Below are positions 15,831 to 16,663 of a DNA stretch of 16,663 bases, piece after piece. The notes beneath the pieces are model-generated. The model saw only the letters and a list, made by a program, of their open reading frames with translations. It was not told the DNA's origin and did no database searches. The DNA is from Pseudomonadota bacterium (GTDB lineage Bacteria > Bdellovibrionota > FAC87 > UBA2466), in contig JAYSWN010000005.1 of assembly GCA_043718025.1 (NCBI GenBank), positions 1-16,663 of the forward strand, written 5' to 3'. Within the stretch, counting starts at the first letter, position 1. Each line of letters starts with the position of its first letter. The position numbers were made by a program, and so were the translations under genes.

Positions 15831-15859
15831 TCGTCAATTAATTTGTCTTTTTGTATAAT
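15831..15859 (+). promoter_or_regulatory. Sigma-70-like promoter for the glycosyltransferase, overlapping a possible divergent promoter
   Basis: TCGTCA-N17-TATAAT on the + strand. On the - strand, TTGACG (15837-15832)-N18-TATACC faces the lipoprotein gene. AT-rich intergenic DNA. Confidence 0.45.
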
Positions 15860-15930
15860 TCTTAGCCCATAGGACTTGCCGGCCAATTCTATTGGACGCA
15901 ACTTTTCGTGTGTACTACCATCACCCCCAA

Positions 15931-16663
15931 ATGCCCGCGACCAGAACATCCCCATTGCCGCTTGAATTTAAGCTGTTCCCCGGTTTCTCACGGAAAACGA
16001 TCTATTTTTGTTTAGGTTTGAGTCTACTATTTCATTTAATGGCCGGCGTTTTTAGTGAGGGATTCCAAAACCACGACGAGCACTTTCGAGTGCTTGAGAT
16101 GATGCATCGGCGTTTACAGGCCCCGCCGCCAAAAGACACTCTCCAGGTCTGTCCCGAATGCCTGATGTTCTCTTACTTTCAGCCGGCGATGTTCGGTTTG
16201 GCCGTCAAGGCATTGCGCCCAATTGGCGTCACCAGTCCGTTCACCCTGGCGATACTCTTTCGATTGTTTTCGGCGCTCTTAGGCTGGGTGAGTCTGCTCG
16301 CCGTGGTTTATTGCCTGCCATTTTGGACGTCGCAAAAACCCGTACGAACGACGGCTCTCTTGGTGCTGTCCTTTCTCTGGTTCCTGCCCTATCTCCACGC
16401 CCGACCGTCGCCGGAAAGTTGGGCCGGAAGTTTTTTCTTTCTCTCCCTGGCGGTTCTGCACTTCATAAAGGAACGAGAGGGGGCGGCCAAAGGGCGGCAG
16501 GGTTTGCTCTGGGCTGAGCTTTCGGTAGGCGCTTTGTGGGCACTCGCCTTTAGTAGTCGATATCAGATGGGCATTAGTATTTTGTTTCTTGCGCTCTGGT
16601 ATCTTATTCTCGGCCGCAACCGGGGAACCCAAAGTCTCTGGAGCTTTGCGAGAATGTGTCTCG
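15931..16663 (+). CDS. GT-C membrane glycosyltransferase, GT22/Alg9/PIG-B-like mannosyltransferase (3'-truncated)
   Basis: My translation is open from ATG 15931 to the window end: MPATRTSP...LLFHLMAGVFSEGFQNHDEHFRVLE...FQP...SPFTLAILFRLFSALLGW...FLWFLPYLHARPSPES...ALAFSSRYQMG. It has a DE motif in the first loop and multiple TMs. It is missing from the ORF track because it has no stop in the window. Confidence 0.85.
   Translation, partial: MPATRTSPLPLEFKLFPGFSRKTIYFCLGLSLLFHLMAGVFSEGFQNHDEHFRVLEMMHRRLQAPPPKDTLQVCPECLMFSYFQPAMFGLAVKALRPIGVTSPFTLAILFRLFSALLGWVSLLAVVYCLPFWTSQKPVRTTALLVLSFLWFLPYLHARPSPESWAGSFFFLSLAVLHFIKEREGAAKGRQGLLWAELSVGALWALAFSSRYQMGISILFLALWYLILGRNRGTQSLWSFARMCL

Noticed and set aside
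16158..16632. Track ORFs 16158-16517 (+) and 16279-16632 (-)
   Set aside because: Shadow frames of the glycosyltransferase starting at 15931.

Overview
Gene-dense window, probably from a Bdellovibrionota/Myxococcota-like bacterium (inferred from the gene families, not from a search). The core is two divergent operons around a ~450-bp control region. Leftward (178-4808): four exported proteins, namely a monoheme CXXCH protein, a lipoprotein, a Tat-exported DUF1501-like protein and a diheme c-type cytochrome lipoprotein. They sit behind an apparently complete sigma-54 architecture (-24/-12 box, IHF-like site, TGT-N10-ACA palindrome) and end in a long hairpin. Rightward (5264-14994): a translationally coupled nine-gene Agl-Glt-like (Ton/Tol-type) trans-envelope machine. 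It encodes an ExbB/TolQ subunit, two ExbD subunits, a large GltD-like TPR protein, GltF-, GltG- and GltC-like proteins, a GYF/degenerate-PilZ protein and one outer-membrane beta-barrel. A convergent lipoprotein follows, then a truncated GT22/PIG-B-like membrane glycosyltransferase (15931->end) that is missing from the supplied ORF track. No rRNA, tRNA, CRISPR array or transposase is visible. The best candidate for an undescribed system is the heme-c/DUF1501 module paired with a compact Agl-Glt core that lacks the motility-specific accessory genes.
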